Shown: positions 36,947 through 46,284, numbered from the stretch's first letter. The stretch: 64,000 bases of DNA from Phycisphaeraceae bacterium (GCA_002686995.1 NYZC01000403.1:20109-84108), one strand, 5' to 3'. A program made the numbers and translations. Notes: generated by a model from the sequence alone, not told the origin.

Positions 36947-39094
36947 CTAACCGAGCGGCATCGTCCGGTCCAGCCAGTCGTCTCGCCGAACCAGCGAGCG
37001 CCGGATGTCGCCGGCCCGCGTCCGAATCCGCCGACGCGCCCATCCGATCAGAGCCCGCGAGACGATTCGCGGCGATGAAACACGGCCGGACTCGGCCTTG
37101 GCGCCGGCAGCATACATGCGGCGCAAACACTTTACAACCCAGGATGCCTCCCATGTGTAAAAAAGGTCCTCCAAACTTATAAAAAGCTGACAGGAATTCG
37201 ACGGCCCGTTCCTGGCGGCACGACCGATAAGTCGCTCGGCGTCACGCACCGCCGAGGGTTCGTGCCCGACGACGATGACCTGCACCGATGCGTCGATCGC
37301 GTCTCGCTCATCGGCCGCCGCGCCGAGGCGCCCGCCCTGCCCGCCGACCACCGTGATCGCGCCGGGCACTGCGAGCCGATCCAGCGCCGACGCTTCGCGG
37401 TCGGGCTGCACGCCGGTCACCTGCCCGGCGTCCATCCCGCGCTCTGTCAGCAGGTCGCCGATGCTACGCACGCCGGCAGCCGAGCCCGTCACGACCAGGA
37501 CCGGCATCCCTTCCCGATAACACCTCTCGGCCTCGTCCGCGACAAGGCCGTGCATGCGCGCCGTGGCGGCGACGAGGCGCGGGGTCGCCGCGAACGTGCG
37601 GTCCCGTCTTGCCGTAAACCCCCGAAGAATAAGACCATACATCTGCGATAACTCCCGCCGACGGAGGCGGCACGACGTGGAGGACACGCCGCAAAGTACG
37701 CGGTAGAGGCGGAAGAACCGCTGGAGGCTCAGGCTTGCCAGCGTCCTGCGCTCCGCCGTGATCTCGAGCCCCTCCTTCGCCTCGATCGCCTGCTCGACGC
37801 CGAACTGACGTCGACGGTCGGGCAGATAGGTCTGGCCCGTGGACGGGTCGATCATGATCACGCGATCCTCGATGACGTCGTAGTCGCGTCCCCGCTCGTA
37901 GCAGATGGAGGCGGCGAGAGCCCGCTCGACCACCTCGCGGCGCCGGCGGTCGCCGTGCCAGAACGCCGTGTCGATGCCGGCCTCGTCGGGCTCGTCGATC
38001 TCGGCCAGGCGAATCCACCCCTCGTCCGTCAGCCGGACGATCCGGCGATCGGAGTGCACTATATAGTCCACGTCCGCCACCAGGTCCCCGGCCAGTCGGA
38101 CCGCCCGGCGCAGGACGTCCGGCGCGGTATGGGGCCCGGGGACGGTGGAAATGACCAGCGGGGAGATCGCATCGTCCAGCAGCGTGCCGTCGATGTCGTC
38201 CACGATCGCGGCGTGCAGGCCCGGCACGGTGATGCGCTCCGTGGCGGCCGCGGATGCCGCGACCGGGGTCATGTGCTCGATGACCGCCTCCCGCGCCGGG
38301 CCGAGACGAATCTGGTCGCGCAGCCAGTCGCCGATCAGTTGGCGCGCCGCCACGTACACCACCGGGTGGCGGTAGGCCGCAAGCTTCCGGTCCCGGGGCT
38401 GGCCCGCCTCGACGTGGGCCGCCGCAAGCCCGGCCCGGCGCAACAGCGGCGCCATCGCGCCGCCGTCCCGCGCCGCCTGGAAATCATTCGCCACCACCAC
38501 GTGCACCGATGGATGCGACCACCCGGCAAGCACGGCGGCGAGCGCGACGACCGGAGCCCGTGGCGTCGCGCCCGCCAGCGCCGCGGCCTGCCCGTGAAAA
38601 AGAGCCAGCGCCGCCGCCACCTGCGTGTCGTGAGGTCTCTGACCGATCTCTCTCGCGGCCATCTCCCGCACGCACGCCATCGCCTCGGTCAGCGACGACG
38701 GCGACACGGGTCGGCGGGCGAATGCTTCGCGCAGCCGCGCGGCGCGCTCGTCGAGCTCGGGCTCGGACAGGTCCTGATATTGCGGGCCGAGCCGGTCGAC
38801 CTGCGCGGCGAGCTGCCGGCAGCGCCGAACGCGGCCCGGAACCTGTCGCATTCGCGTCACCCATCTTCCCACCAGACCGTCGAGACCCCATGCCACCGGC
38901 GCGCGGCGACGCCGGGTCGTAAAAGACCACCACATGGCGTCGTAGCGTCCGATTGCCTGCGTCATCAGCCTGCTCCCGCCTTGCCGGTGCGTCGCCCGGG
39001 CGGCGGCCCCGGAATTGTTAATTAATGCACAGGATACAGGAACCGGGCCGCGATGCAAGTCCGGCGCGGGAAGGAGACGGAGGATTCGGGGCAT
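36947..39094 (-). CDS. SecA-like protein with degenerate ATPase motifs
   Basis: Collinear with SecA across the DEAD motor and preprotein-binding regions (LSEPELDERAARLREAF; VHVVVANDFQAARD; IVDDIDGTLLDDAISPLVIS; QFGVEQAIEAKEGLEITAERRTLASLSLQRFFRLY; PVLVVTGS). Walker A, Walker B and motif III are not conserved. An alternative start is the ATG at 38965. Confidence 0.8.
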   Translation of the reverse strand: MPRILRLLPAPDLHRGPVPVSCALINNSGAAARATHRQGGSRLMTQAIGRYDAMWWSFTTRRRRAPVAWGLDGLVGRWVTRMRQVPGRVRRCRQLAAQVDRLGPQYQDLSEPELDERAARLREAFARRPVSPSSLTEAMACVREMAAREIGQRPHDTQVAAALALFHGQAAALAGATPRAPVVALAAVLAGWSHPSVHVVVANDFQAARDGGAMAPLLRRAGLAAAHVEAGQPRDRKLAAYRHPVVYVAARQLIGDWLRDQIRLGPAREAVIEHMTPVAASAAATERITVPGLHAAIVDDIDGTLLDDAISPLVISTVPGPHTAPDVLRRAVRLAGDLVADVDYIVHSDRRIVRLTDEGWIRLAEIDEPDEAGIDTAFWHGDRRRREVVERALAASICYERGRDYDVIEDRVIMIDPSTGQTYLPDRRRQFGVEQAIEAKEGLEITAERRTLASLSLQRFFRLYRVLCGVSSTSCRLRRRELSQMYGLILRGFTARRDRTFAATPRLVAATARMHGLVADEAERCYREGMPVLVVTGSAAGVRSIGDLLTERGMDAGQVTGVQPDREASALDRLAVPGAITVVGGQGGRLGAAADERDAIDASVQVIVVGHEPSAVRDAERLIGRAARNGPSNSCQLFISLEDLFYTWEASWVVKCLRRMYAAGAKAESGRVSSPRIVSRALIGWARRRIRTRAGDIRRSLVRRDDWLDRTMPLG

Positions 39095-39153
39095 CGCAGG
39101 GCGCCCGTAGCTGAAGTCGCCGGATTTCAGCTACGGGGCCGGGGCCTCGGCCC

Positions 39154-41289
39154 TCACGCCGTATCGACCGCCTGCAGGAACCGGCGCCACCAGCGTGCGG
39201 CGAGGCTCGTCCGCCCGAACGTGAAGCGGACCTTCGCCCGCTGCCCGGGCTGAACCGCGACGTCGTCCGGCAGGCTGATGCGGACCTCGAACACGGATTC
39301 CGCCGCCTCGAAGCCCCGCGCGTCGGTGCGGAGCGAGCCGCCGCCGTAGTAGCCAAACATCCGGTGACGAAGCTGCTGCGTGCCGGAGGGGCTCACGCGC
39401 TCGACCTTTCCGTCCAGAACCTGGTCGATCCGCCCGATCGGTCGCAGCTGCACCGCCGGGGCGGCGCTCTCGCCGAACAGCAGCGAATTGTGCTTCTGGT
39501 CGATGATCGCGATCGCCACGAGCCGCTCGTTCCCGGCGTGGACGCGCCCAAGCACCTCGCCCCGCTCGAGGTACTGGCCCTGGAGCACGCTGAGCGCCGG
39601 GGCGACGAGCTGACCGGCGCCCGGGCTCGTCAGCGTCAGATCCTGAATCCTGCGGTCCACCTCCGCGAGCTGGCCTTCCAGCGACGCAAGACGGGCGAGC
39701 GCCTTGTCCTTTTCGTCATGAAAGCCCTCGCCGCCGGCGGCGTCCGCGAGCAGCTTCTCGTGGACCATCTTCGCGACGAGCCGCTCCCGCTCCAGCGCAA
39801 GGTCGCGGTTGGTCGCCTCGAGAATGACCTGGTCCGCGTCGACCGGCTGCCCGTCGTCCAGCGCCACGCGCTCGACGAAGCCGTCGACGGACATGACGAG
39901 CTCCATCCAGTCCTCCGGCTCGATCACGGCGTCGACGTACGCGTGACGCCCGACCGGAAGAAGCCCCACGACCGCGACGACGCCCGCCACGGCGCCGCAC
40001 GTCGACGCCCAGGCACGACCGCGCCGACCATGCAGCATCGGGCTCACCGCGAGGAACCGCGTCAGCTTCGCGAGTGGCACGATCACCCAGGTCAGCAGCA
40101 GGATCGTCACGAGCAGGACGCCGAGCCCGAAGAACAGGCGCGACACGAACCACGCGATCGCGACCATGATGAACGCGCGATAGGTCCAGGCCGAGACCGC
40201 ATAGGTCAGCAGCCAGGACCGCTCGGTGCGGCTGTGGGCCACGGGGCGCAGGTCGCGCAGACCGTAGAAACATCGCTGGAGGACCTGCTGGAGCTGCGCG
40301 TTGGCGTTCTTCAGCAGGTTGGGAATGTCCAGCAGGTCGGTCAGCACGTAGTAGCCGTCGAAGCGGAGCAGCGGGTTGGCGTTGAACAGCAGCGTCGCGA
40401 CGCCCGACACGAAGATGGTCCGATGGGCCAGCTCGTTCACGACGCCGGGCGCCGTGCCCGCCCAGACGAACACCGCCAGCGCGGCGACCGCGGTCTCGAC
40501 GATGATCCCCGCCAGGCCGACGAGCGCCCGCTGCAACCGGCTCTCGAGCCCCCAGCTGCTCGTCGCATCGCAATACGGCACCGGCGCGAACACCAGCAGC
40601 ATCACGCCCATCTCGTGCACCTGCCCGCCGAACCGCCGGCACATCAGGCCGTGCCCGAACTCGTGGACCACCTTGATGAGAACGAACAGCACGCCGAGCC
40701 AAAGCACGTTGCCCGGCCGGATCATCAGCGTGGTTTGCTCCCAGAGCGTCGACCAGCGCGGCGCCAGCCGGACCAGGGCCGCCAGCAGCAACGCGATCCA
40801 GGCCAGCAGCCCCCACCGGCTCAGCAGCGGACGGACCACCGGCAGCAGCGCATCGATCGCCGCCGCGGGGTCGAACAGCGGCACCTTGACGAACAGGAAG
40901 CTCGACCACTGCTTCCGGCGCATCACCGACCGCCGGCGCTGCATGCGCTTGAACAGCTGCGCGGCGTCGGTCGTCCCGTCGACGGTCACGAGGCTGGTCT
41001 GGTAGAGCTGGCTGATCAGGGCGAACACCTCGCCCTGCGTCGGCGCGCGGTCGCCGAACTGCTCCATGCAGAGCGTCCACGCCTGCTCGACCGTGCGCCG
41101 CCCGTCGAACAGGGCGACGAGGTGGTAGGTCACCGGATCGAGGCGATAGAACTGGTTGGCGGCCGGGTCGGAGAGGACGTAGCCGCGGCGGCGGCGGAAG
41201 TGCCGGCGCCGCACGACGACGGAGCTGCGCAGCCGCACGCGCAACGACGCGATCCGGTCCCATTCATGGCTGTGGGTCGCACGTTCCAT
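39154..41289 (-). CDS. M50 (site-2-protease family) zinc metalloprotease fused to a C-terminal HlyD-like periplasmic adaptor, with a PqqD/RRE-like N-terminal domain
   Basis: HEFGH (HExxH, nt 40651-40665) sits in a polytopic membrane core, with a later NPLLRFDGYY motif. The C-terminal about 250 aa are HlyD-like (coiled coil plus beta-barrel). N-terminal residues about 35-100 read YVLSDPAANQFYRLDPVTYHLVALFDGRRTVEQAW...EVFALISQL. Confidence 0.85.
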   Translation of the reverse strand: MERATHSHEWDRIASLRVRLRSSVVVRRRHFRRRRGYVLSDPAANQFYRLDPVTYHLVALFDGRRTVEQAWTLCMEQFGDRAPTQGEVFALISQLYQTSLVTVDGTTDAAQLFKRMQRRRSVMRRKQWSSFLFVKVPLFDPAAAIDALLPVVRPLLSRWGLLAWIALLLAALVRLAPRWSTLWEQTTLMIRPGNVLWLGVLFVLIKVVHEFGHGLMCRRFGGQVHEMGVMLLVFAPVPYCDATSSWGLESRLQRALVGLAGIIVETAVAALAVFVWAGTAPGVVNELAHRTIFVSGVATLLFNANPLLRFDGYYVLTDLLDIPNLLKNANAQLQQVLQRCFYGLRDLRPVAHSRTERSWLLTYAVSAWTYRAFIMVAIAWFVSRLFFGLGVLLVTILLLTWVIVPLAKLTRFLAVSPMLHGRRGRAWASTCGAVAGVVAVVGLLPVGRHAYVDAVIEPEDWMELVMSVDGFVERVALDDGQPVDADQVILEATNRDLALERERLVAKMVHEKLLADAAGGEGFHDEKDKALARLASLEGQLAEVDRRIQDLTLTSPGAGQLVAPALSVLQGQYLERGEVLGRVHAGNERLVAIAIIDQKHNSLLFGESAAPAVQLRPIGRIDQVLDGKVERVSPSGTQQLRHRMFGYYGGGSLRTDARGFEAAESVFEVRISLPDDVAVQPGQRAKVRFTFGRTSLAARWWRRFLQAVDTA

Positions 41290-41295
41290 CCGCAG

Positions 41296-43182
41296 CTACC
41301 ACCAGAGGGCCAGGCGCAGGAAGTCGACGAGCTTGTGGGTCATGATCCAGATGACGCGGCGCGACGCGACGTCGATCTTCGCCACGCCCTCGAAGCCCGG
41401 GCGCATCCAGTCCTCCTCGCGCTCCAGCTCGCAGTAGACCGGGAAGAAGGTTCCGCCCTCGTGAGCGACGCCCACGGGCACCACGCGCGTCACCGTGAAG
41501 TTCACGGTGACCGACGGGTTGCCTCGGGCGGCGAGTGCGCCCGTGCCGCCGAGACGCACCTGGTCGATATCGCGCTCGTCGACCCGGATCATCGCCCGCA
41601 GCAGCGGACGGCCGTCCTCGCTGCCGTGCAGCGGCGCGACCTCGAACAGCGTCTGGCCCAGCTCGACCCGCACGCCCTTGCGCTCCTGCCAGTCGCCCGT
41701 CACGACCACGCCGTCCTCGACGGCCACGATGTGCGCGTCGGCGATCTGCCGGGCGTAGAGATCGCGCTCGACCTCGTACACGCGCATCATCGCCTTGTAA
41801 CGCTCGGCGTCGTCGGGCGATCCGCCCAGGGAGCGCCGGTGATCGATGATCGCCACGGCCAGCTGGCTCTCGGCGCCGTCCCGCATCAGCTCCAGCGGCC
41901 GCGCATCCATGCGCACCAGCGGATCGCCGGCCTTCACCGGGTCGCCGTTGCGGGCGAACACCTCCTCGATGTGCCCGGTGTAAGGCGACGCGTAGACCCG
42001 CTTCTCGCGCGCCTCGAAGACGAACGGCGCCTCGACTCGGTAGTTCCATTTCACGAAGCACGACGCGATCAGCAGCACGCTCACGGTGAGCGCGACCAGC
42101 TTCAAGCCGACGTGCTCGGGACCGATGACGCGCCCCGCGAGCGTGCGCAGGTCCTGCCAGAGCTGGACCGCGGCGGGGCGGTCTCCGCGATGCCGGTCCG
42201 CCAGCGCGGGCGCGACCAGGTCGGCGATCACCTGGAACTGCGTGACGTCCGAGCCTTCGAACGGCCGGCTGCGGGGGCGCTCCGCGGTCAGCACCCCCCC
42301 GATCTCGTCGCCGTGACGAAGCGGCACGGACACGACGCCCTCCTGCTCGGTCGCCAGCTCGTGATGACAACGGCTGACCACCTGCTGCAGCCACTGGTCT
42401 TCGCCCTGGAAGTGATCGGCCGGCGCCGCCACGGCCCGGCCCTGGTCCATGCACTCCTCCATCGCCGACGCGATGGCCTCGCTCAGCTCCTGGCGCCGAT
42501 CGACGTTGTCCGTGTCGCTCATCGCCACGAGCCGGATCGAGCTGCCGCGCGCCCACCCGATCGCGACGCGCGACGCGTTCAGCTCGACGGACAGGGCATT
42601 GCACACCGCCATGCACGACTCGTGAAACCGGCCCGCCTGCTGCGCGGCGGTGAGCACGCTGAGCGCGCGGCGGGCGCCGGCGTTCTCGCGCAGCTGGCGC
42701 CGAAGACCCCGGGAGGAAAGGTGCAGCTTGTAGAGGCGGGCCGCCCACTGCAGGTGCGCGAGGAAGGGCTGAATCCGCTCCTGGTCCTGGTCAGGGGCCA
42801 GGACGACCGCGATGCCGTCGGTCGCGGTTTCGGACTCGAGCGGCGTGCAGATCGCGTGATAGACGCTGTTGCCCATCGCGATGCGGTAGACGCTGAGCTG
42901 CCCGGCCTTCTCGCACCGCTGCACGCAGTCGCGCAGGATCTCCACGCGGTCGGGCTCGACCTGCACGTGCCGACCGGGCGCCATGGGATAGACGGTGACG
43001 AGGCGCGACGGCTGGTCCTCGCGAAGCACGAACACGGCGCCGGAGACGCCGCCGACCAGCTTCGCCATCAGTTCGATGAGCAGCGTGAGAAACGGCAGGT
43101 CCTGGCCGGCCGCCGCCTCGACCTGGGCCGCAAGCTGCTGAAGCTGATCGTTGGTCACCTTGGTTGCCGTCGCCGGAGGCAT
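41296..43182 (-). CDS. Tandem-GAF-domain protein fused to an HlyD-family membrane-fusion (periplasmic adaptor) domain
   Basis: Two GAF-like cytoplasmic modules, a single TM helix (LKLVALTVSVLLIASCFV), then HlyD-type lipoyl and beta-barrel segments (YASPYTGHIEEVFARNGDPVKAGDPLVRMD). The stop lies 6 nt before the next gene's start. The start is set at the ATG at 43182; the track ORF extends to 43272, into a repeat. Confidence 0.8.
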   Translation of the reverse strand: MPPATATKVTNDQLQQLAAQVEAAAGQDLPFLTLLIELMAKLVGGVSGAVFVLREDQPSRLVTVYPMAPGRHVQVEPDRVEILRDCVQRCEKAGQLSVYRIAMGNSVYHAICTPLESETATDGIAVVLAPDQDQERIQPFLAHLQWAARLYKLHLSSRGLRRQLRENAGARRALSVLTAAQQAGRFHESCMAVCNALSVELNASRVAIGWARGSSIRLVAMSDTDNVDRRQELSEAIASAMEECMDQGRAVAAPADHFQGEDQWLQQVVSRCHHELATEQEGVVSVPLRHGDEIGGVLTAERPRSRPFEGSDVTQFQVIADLVAPALADRHRGDRPAAVQLWQDLRTLAGRVIGPEHVGLKLVALTVSVLLIASCFVKWNYRVEAPFVFEAREKRVYASPYTGHIEEVFARNGDPVKAGDPLVRMDARPLELMRDGAESQLAVAIIDHRRSLGGSPDDAERYKAMMRVYEVERDLYARQIADAHIVAVEDGVVVTGDWQERKGVRVELGQTLFEVAPLHGSEDGRPLLRAMIRVDERDIDQVRLGGTGALAARGNPSVTVNFTVTRVVPVGVAHEGGTFFPVYCELEREEDWMRPGFEGVAKIDVASRRVIWIMTHKLVDFLRLALWW

Positions 43183-43262
43183 GAATCGACAAGAATAACA
43201 TGCGGGGCCGGGGGCCGGGTATCGGGTTCCGGGGCGCGGCGTTGCGATGCCGCCGTCATAGC

Positions 43263-43316
43263 GCAGCCGCACGTTCGACCCGTGGGCTGACGCTGGCTGA
43301 CGCCCACGGTACGCAG
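43263..43316. repeat. REP-like family 2 copy (GGCTGACGCC / CCCRCGGGT units)
   Basis: GCAGCCGCACGTTCGACCCGTGGGCTGACGCTGGCTGACGCCCACGGTACGCAGCG is nearly identical to the reverse complement of 51665-51716. Confidence 0.75.
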
Positions 43317-43431
43317 CGTCTCGGGGTCCGAGGTCCCGCCCGGAGCCGGGGGATTGGTGGTTCCCGATCCGTTATCCGATATTGGTTGTTTGCGCCGTCC
43401 TTCCGGAACCCGAACCCCGGAACCCGAACCC

Positions 43432-44754
43432 ATGGCCGACGCCAACGAGTCCCCGGCACGCGGGCGGGCGGTCCGGATCGTCCGCACGCTCCAGGAGCAG
43501 GGCCACGTCGCCTATCTCGCCGGCGGGTGCGTGCGCGATCGCCTCCTGGGCCTCGATCCGAAGGACTACGACGTGGCGACCGACGCCACGCCCGAGCGGG
43601 TTCGGCAGCTGTTTCCGCGCACGCGGTTCGTCGGCGAGGCCTTCGGCGTCGTGCTCGTCTTCGAGCAGGGTCACCCGTTCGAGGTCGCGACGTTCCGCAG
43701 CGAGTGGGGCTACGAGGACGGCCGCCGGCCCGACCACGTCCGGTTCTCGGACGCCGACCAGGATGCGCAGCGCCGCGACTTCACGGTCAACGGCCTGTTC
43801 GAGGATCCGATCGCCGAGCGGATCATCGATCACGTCGGCGGGCGGGACGACCTCGCAGCGCGGGTGATCCGGGCGATCGGCGAGCCCGGTCAGCGCTTCG
43901 GCGAGGACTATCTGCGGCTGCTCCGGGCCGTGCGTTTCGCCGCCCAGCTCGACTTCGAGATCGAGCCGGACACCGCCGGCGCAATCGCGCGGCACGCGCC
44001 GCAGCTCGAGCGCATCAGTCGCGAGCGGATCGGCATGGAGATGCAGGCGATGCTGAGCGGCCCGCGCCCGGCCCGGGCGGCGACGCTGCTCCAGTCGCTC
44101 GGACTCGACGCGCCCGCCCTGAAGGAGCCGGCGCTGACGGCCGACCTGCCGACCCTGAGCCGACTGGGTCCGTCGCCGGATCTCGTTGCGGCGCTGGGCG
44201 CCTGGGCGCTGGATCGCCACCTGCTTCCCGGACTTCCGCCGGGCGCCGCGGCCGGAGACCTTGCGGGCCCGCTCGATCGGTTCGCGGACGCCGCCGGGAC
44301 GCTGGTCCGCCGGTGGCGCCGGGCCCTGTGCCTGACCAACCAGCAGCGCGATGCCCTGCGCCACTGCCTCGCCACGCTTCCCACGCTGCTCGCCTGGCCC
44401 GCGCTGCGCGTCGCGCATCGCAAGCGGCTGATGGCGCGCCCCCAGTGGCCGGACTGCATCCGCGTGTTCGCCTGCCTCGAGATCGAGGGTCTGGATGCCT
44501 TGCGCCGCGCGATCGACGACGAAGGGACACGCCTCGAGGCGGAAGGCATCGCTCCCGCCCCCCTCCTCACCGGCGACGACCTGATTGTTACGGGACGCAA
44601 GCCCGGCCCCCGGTTCAGCCGATTACTTGATCTGGTTTACGACGCACAACTCGAGGGAACGGTCCGCACGCGGGACGAGGCCCTCGAATGGCTGGATCGT
44701 GAGGCGAAACCGGGAGAAGGTCCCGCCCCGCCGTGGCCGCGCGGGCTCAGGTAA
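43432..44754 (+). CDS. cca: CCA-adding tRNA nucleotidyltransferase / poly(A) polymerase family
   Basis: YLAGGCVRDRLLGLDPKDYDVATDATPERV...FGVVLV...EVATFR...RRDFTVNGLF, a class II nucleotidyltransferase head. The start is placed at MADANE. Confidence 0.85.
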   Translation: MADANESPARGRAVRIVRTLQEQGHVAYLAGGCVRDRLLGLDPKDYDVATDATPERVRQLFPRTRFVGEAFGVVLVFEQGHPFEVATFRSEWGYEDGRRPDHVRFSDADQDAQRRDFTVNGLFEDPIAERIIDHVGGRDDLAARVIRAIGEPGQRFGEDYLRLLRAVRFAAQLDFEIEPDTAGAIARHAPQLERISRERIGMEMQAMLSGPRPARAATLLQSLGLDAPALKEPALTADLPTLSRLGPSPDLVAALGAWALDRHLLPGLPPGAAAGDLAGPLDRFADAAGTLVRRWRRALCLTNQQRDALRHCLATLPTLLAWPALRVAHRKRLMARPQWPDCIRVFACLEIEGLDALRRAIDDEGTRLEAEGIAPAPLLTGDDLIVTGRKPGPRFSRLLDLVYDAQLEGTVRTRDEALEWLDREAKPGEGPAPPWPRGLR

Positions 44755-44774
44755 GCAATAATGAGAAGCCAGGG

Positions 44775-45473
44775 ATGAATGAACTGCTCGACAGCCTGCT
44801 GCAGAGCGACGCCGACGTCGGCGCCGTGGTCGCCTACGCGATCATCTGCGGCATGCTGCTCGTGAGCGGACTCGGCGTGCCCATCCCCGAGGACATCCCC
44901 CTGCTGACCGGCGGCCTCCTGTGCCAGCAGGGCATCACGGACCTTGGGCCGATGATCGTCCTGACCTTCGTGTCGGTGACGGGCGCCGACCTGGTGCTCT
45001 TCGGCCTGGGTCGCCGTTACGGGCACCACGTCCCGCGGCTTCCCATGCTGCGATACTTCCTCAACGAGCAGCGAATCGCCAGGGCCGAGCGCTATTTCGA
45101 GGATCACGGCGGCAAGACGCTGTTCATTGCCCGGTTTCTTCCCGGCCTTCGGGCCCCGGTCTACTTCAGCGCCGGCGCATGCCGCATTCCAGCCTGGAAG
45201 ATGATCGCCTACGACGGATCCGCGGCGCTGATCAGCGCGCCGACGCTCGTCGTGCTCGGCTATATTGGCGCGCACCAGTTCGATCGAGTGAAGGAACTGG
45301 CGCTGATCGGCCAGATCCTCATCGCCGCGGCGATCGTCATCGCGATCGCCGGCCTGATCACCTACAAGGTGATGCGCCAAAAAAAAATCGAGCCCTTGAA
45401 TCATCAGGGCGTTAAGCCGGCGAACCGGTCGGCGATCAAACCGTCGGGACCGTCGCGCGCGCCGATGGCCTGA
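44775..45473 (+). CDS. dedA: DedA family (SNARE-associated) membrane protein
   Basis: GLGVPIPEDIPLLTGG ... LFIARFLPGLRAPVYFSAG, the DedA signature. Confidence 0.8.
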   Translation: MNELLDSLLQSDADVGAVVAYAIICGMLLVSGLGVPIPEDIPLLTGGLLCQQGITDLGPMIVLTFVSVTGADLVLFGLGRRYGHHVPRLPMLRYFLNEQRIARAERYFEDHGGKTLFIARFLPGLRAPVYFSAGACRIPAWKMIAYDGSAALISAPTLVVLGYIGAHQFDRVKELALIGQILIAAAIVIAIAGLITYKVMRQKKIEPLNHQGVKPANRSAIKPSGPSRAPMA

Positions 45474-45516
45474 TTTCCTGCTGGCTTCACGGTCCGGCCT
45501 GCACTATGATGCAGAC

Positions 45517-46284
45517 ATGGGAGCCGTAGCCGCATCACATCAGTTGCGTGACGCTTACCGTCGCGTCATGGATCGCGTCGGGGAAGCATGCGCGCGCAGC
45601 GCCATTCATCGCGGCGACCAGCCGATGGTCGTCGCGGTGACCAAGACCGCCAGTCCGGACCAGATCCGAACGCTCGTCGAGATGGGGCACGTCGATCTCG
45701 CCGAGAATCGCGTCCAGCACCTGATTCAGCGCGAAGCGCAGCTTGCGGAGTTTCTCAACCGCAAGCGCACGCTCGGCCGCGCGGCACAGGAGGATCCGCA
45801 GCGCCAATACGAGGTGCGCTGGCACATGGTCGGCCACCTGCAGCGCAACAAGGTCAAGCCGGTCATTCCCCTCGTGAAGCTCATCCACAGCGTGGACAGC
45901 CTGCGCCTCGCCGAGGAGATCCAGGCCGTCGCCATGAAGTCCGACCAGGTCGTCGACGTCCTGCTCCAGGTCAACATGAGCGGCGAAGCCGGCAAGCACG
46001 GCGTCGCCGCTCCGGCCGCGCAACACCTCGCCGAGCAGATCGACACCATGATGCACCTGCGCATGCGCGGGCTCATGACCATGGCGCCGATCTGCGACGA
46101 TCCGGAGACGTCGCGGCCGGTGTTCTCCCGCACCGCCGAGATCTTCGAGGACGTGCGCAAGGACCGGATCGGCGGCGACCACTTCAATATCCTGTCGATG
46201 GGCATGAGCGCCGACTTCGAAGTCGCCATCGAGGAAGGCGCCAACCTGGTCCGCATCGGAAGGGCGCTCTTCGGGGAGACTTGA
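45517..46284 (+). CDS. yggS: YggS-family pyridoxal-5'-phosphate homeostasis protein
   Basis: VVAVTKTASPDQI...LAENRVQ...WHMVGHLQRNKV...LSMGMSADFEVAIEEGANLVRIGRALFG. Confidence 0.9.
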   Translation: MGAVAASHQLRDAYRRVMDRVGEACARSAIHRGDQPMVVAVTKTASPDQIRTLVEMGHVDLAENRVQHLIQREAQLAEFLNRKRTLGRAAQEDPQRQYEVRWHMVGHLQRNKVKPVIPLVKLIHSVDSLRLAEEIQAVAMKSDQVVDVLLQVNMSGEAGKHGVAAPAAQHLAEQIDTMMHLRMRGLMTMAPICDDPETSRPVFSRTAEIFEDVRKDRIGGDHFNILSMGMSADFEVAIEEGANLVRIGRALFGET

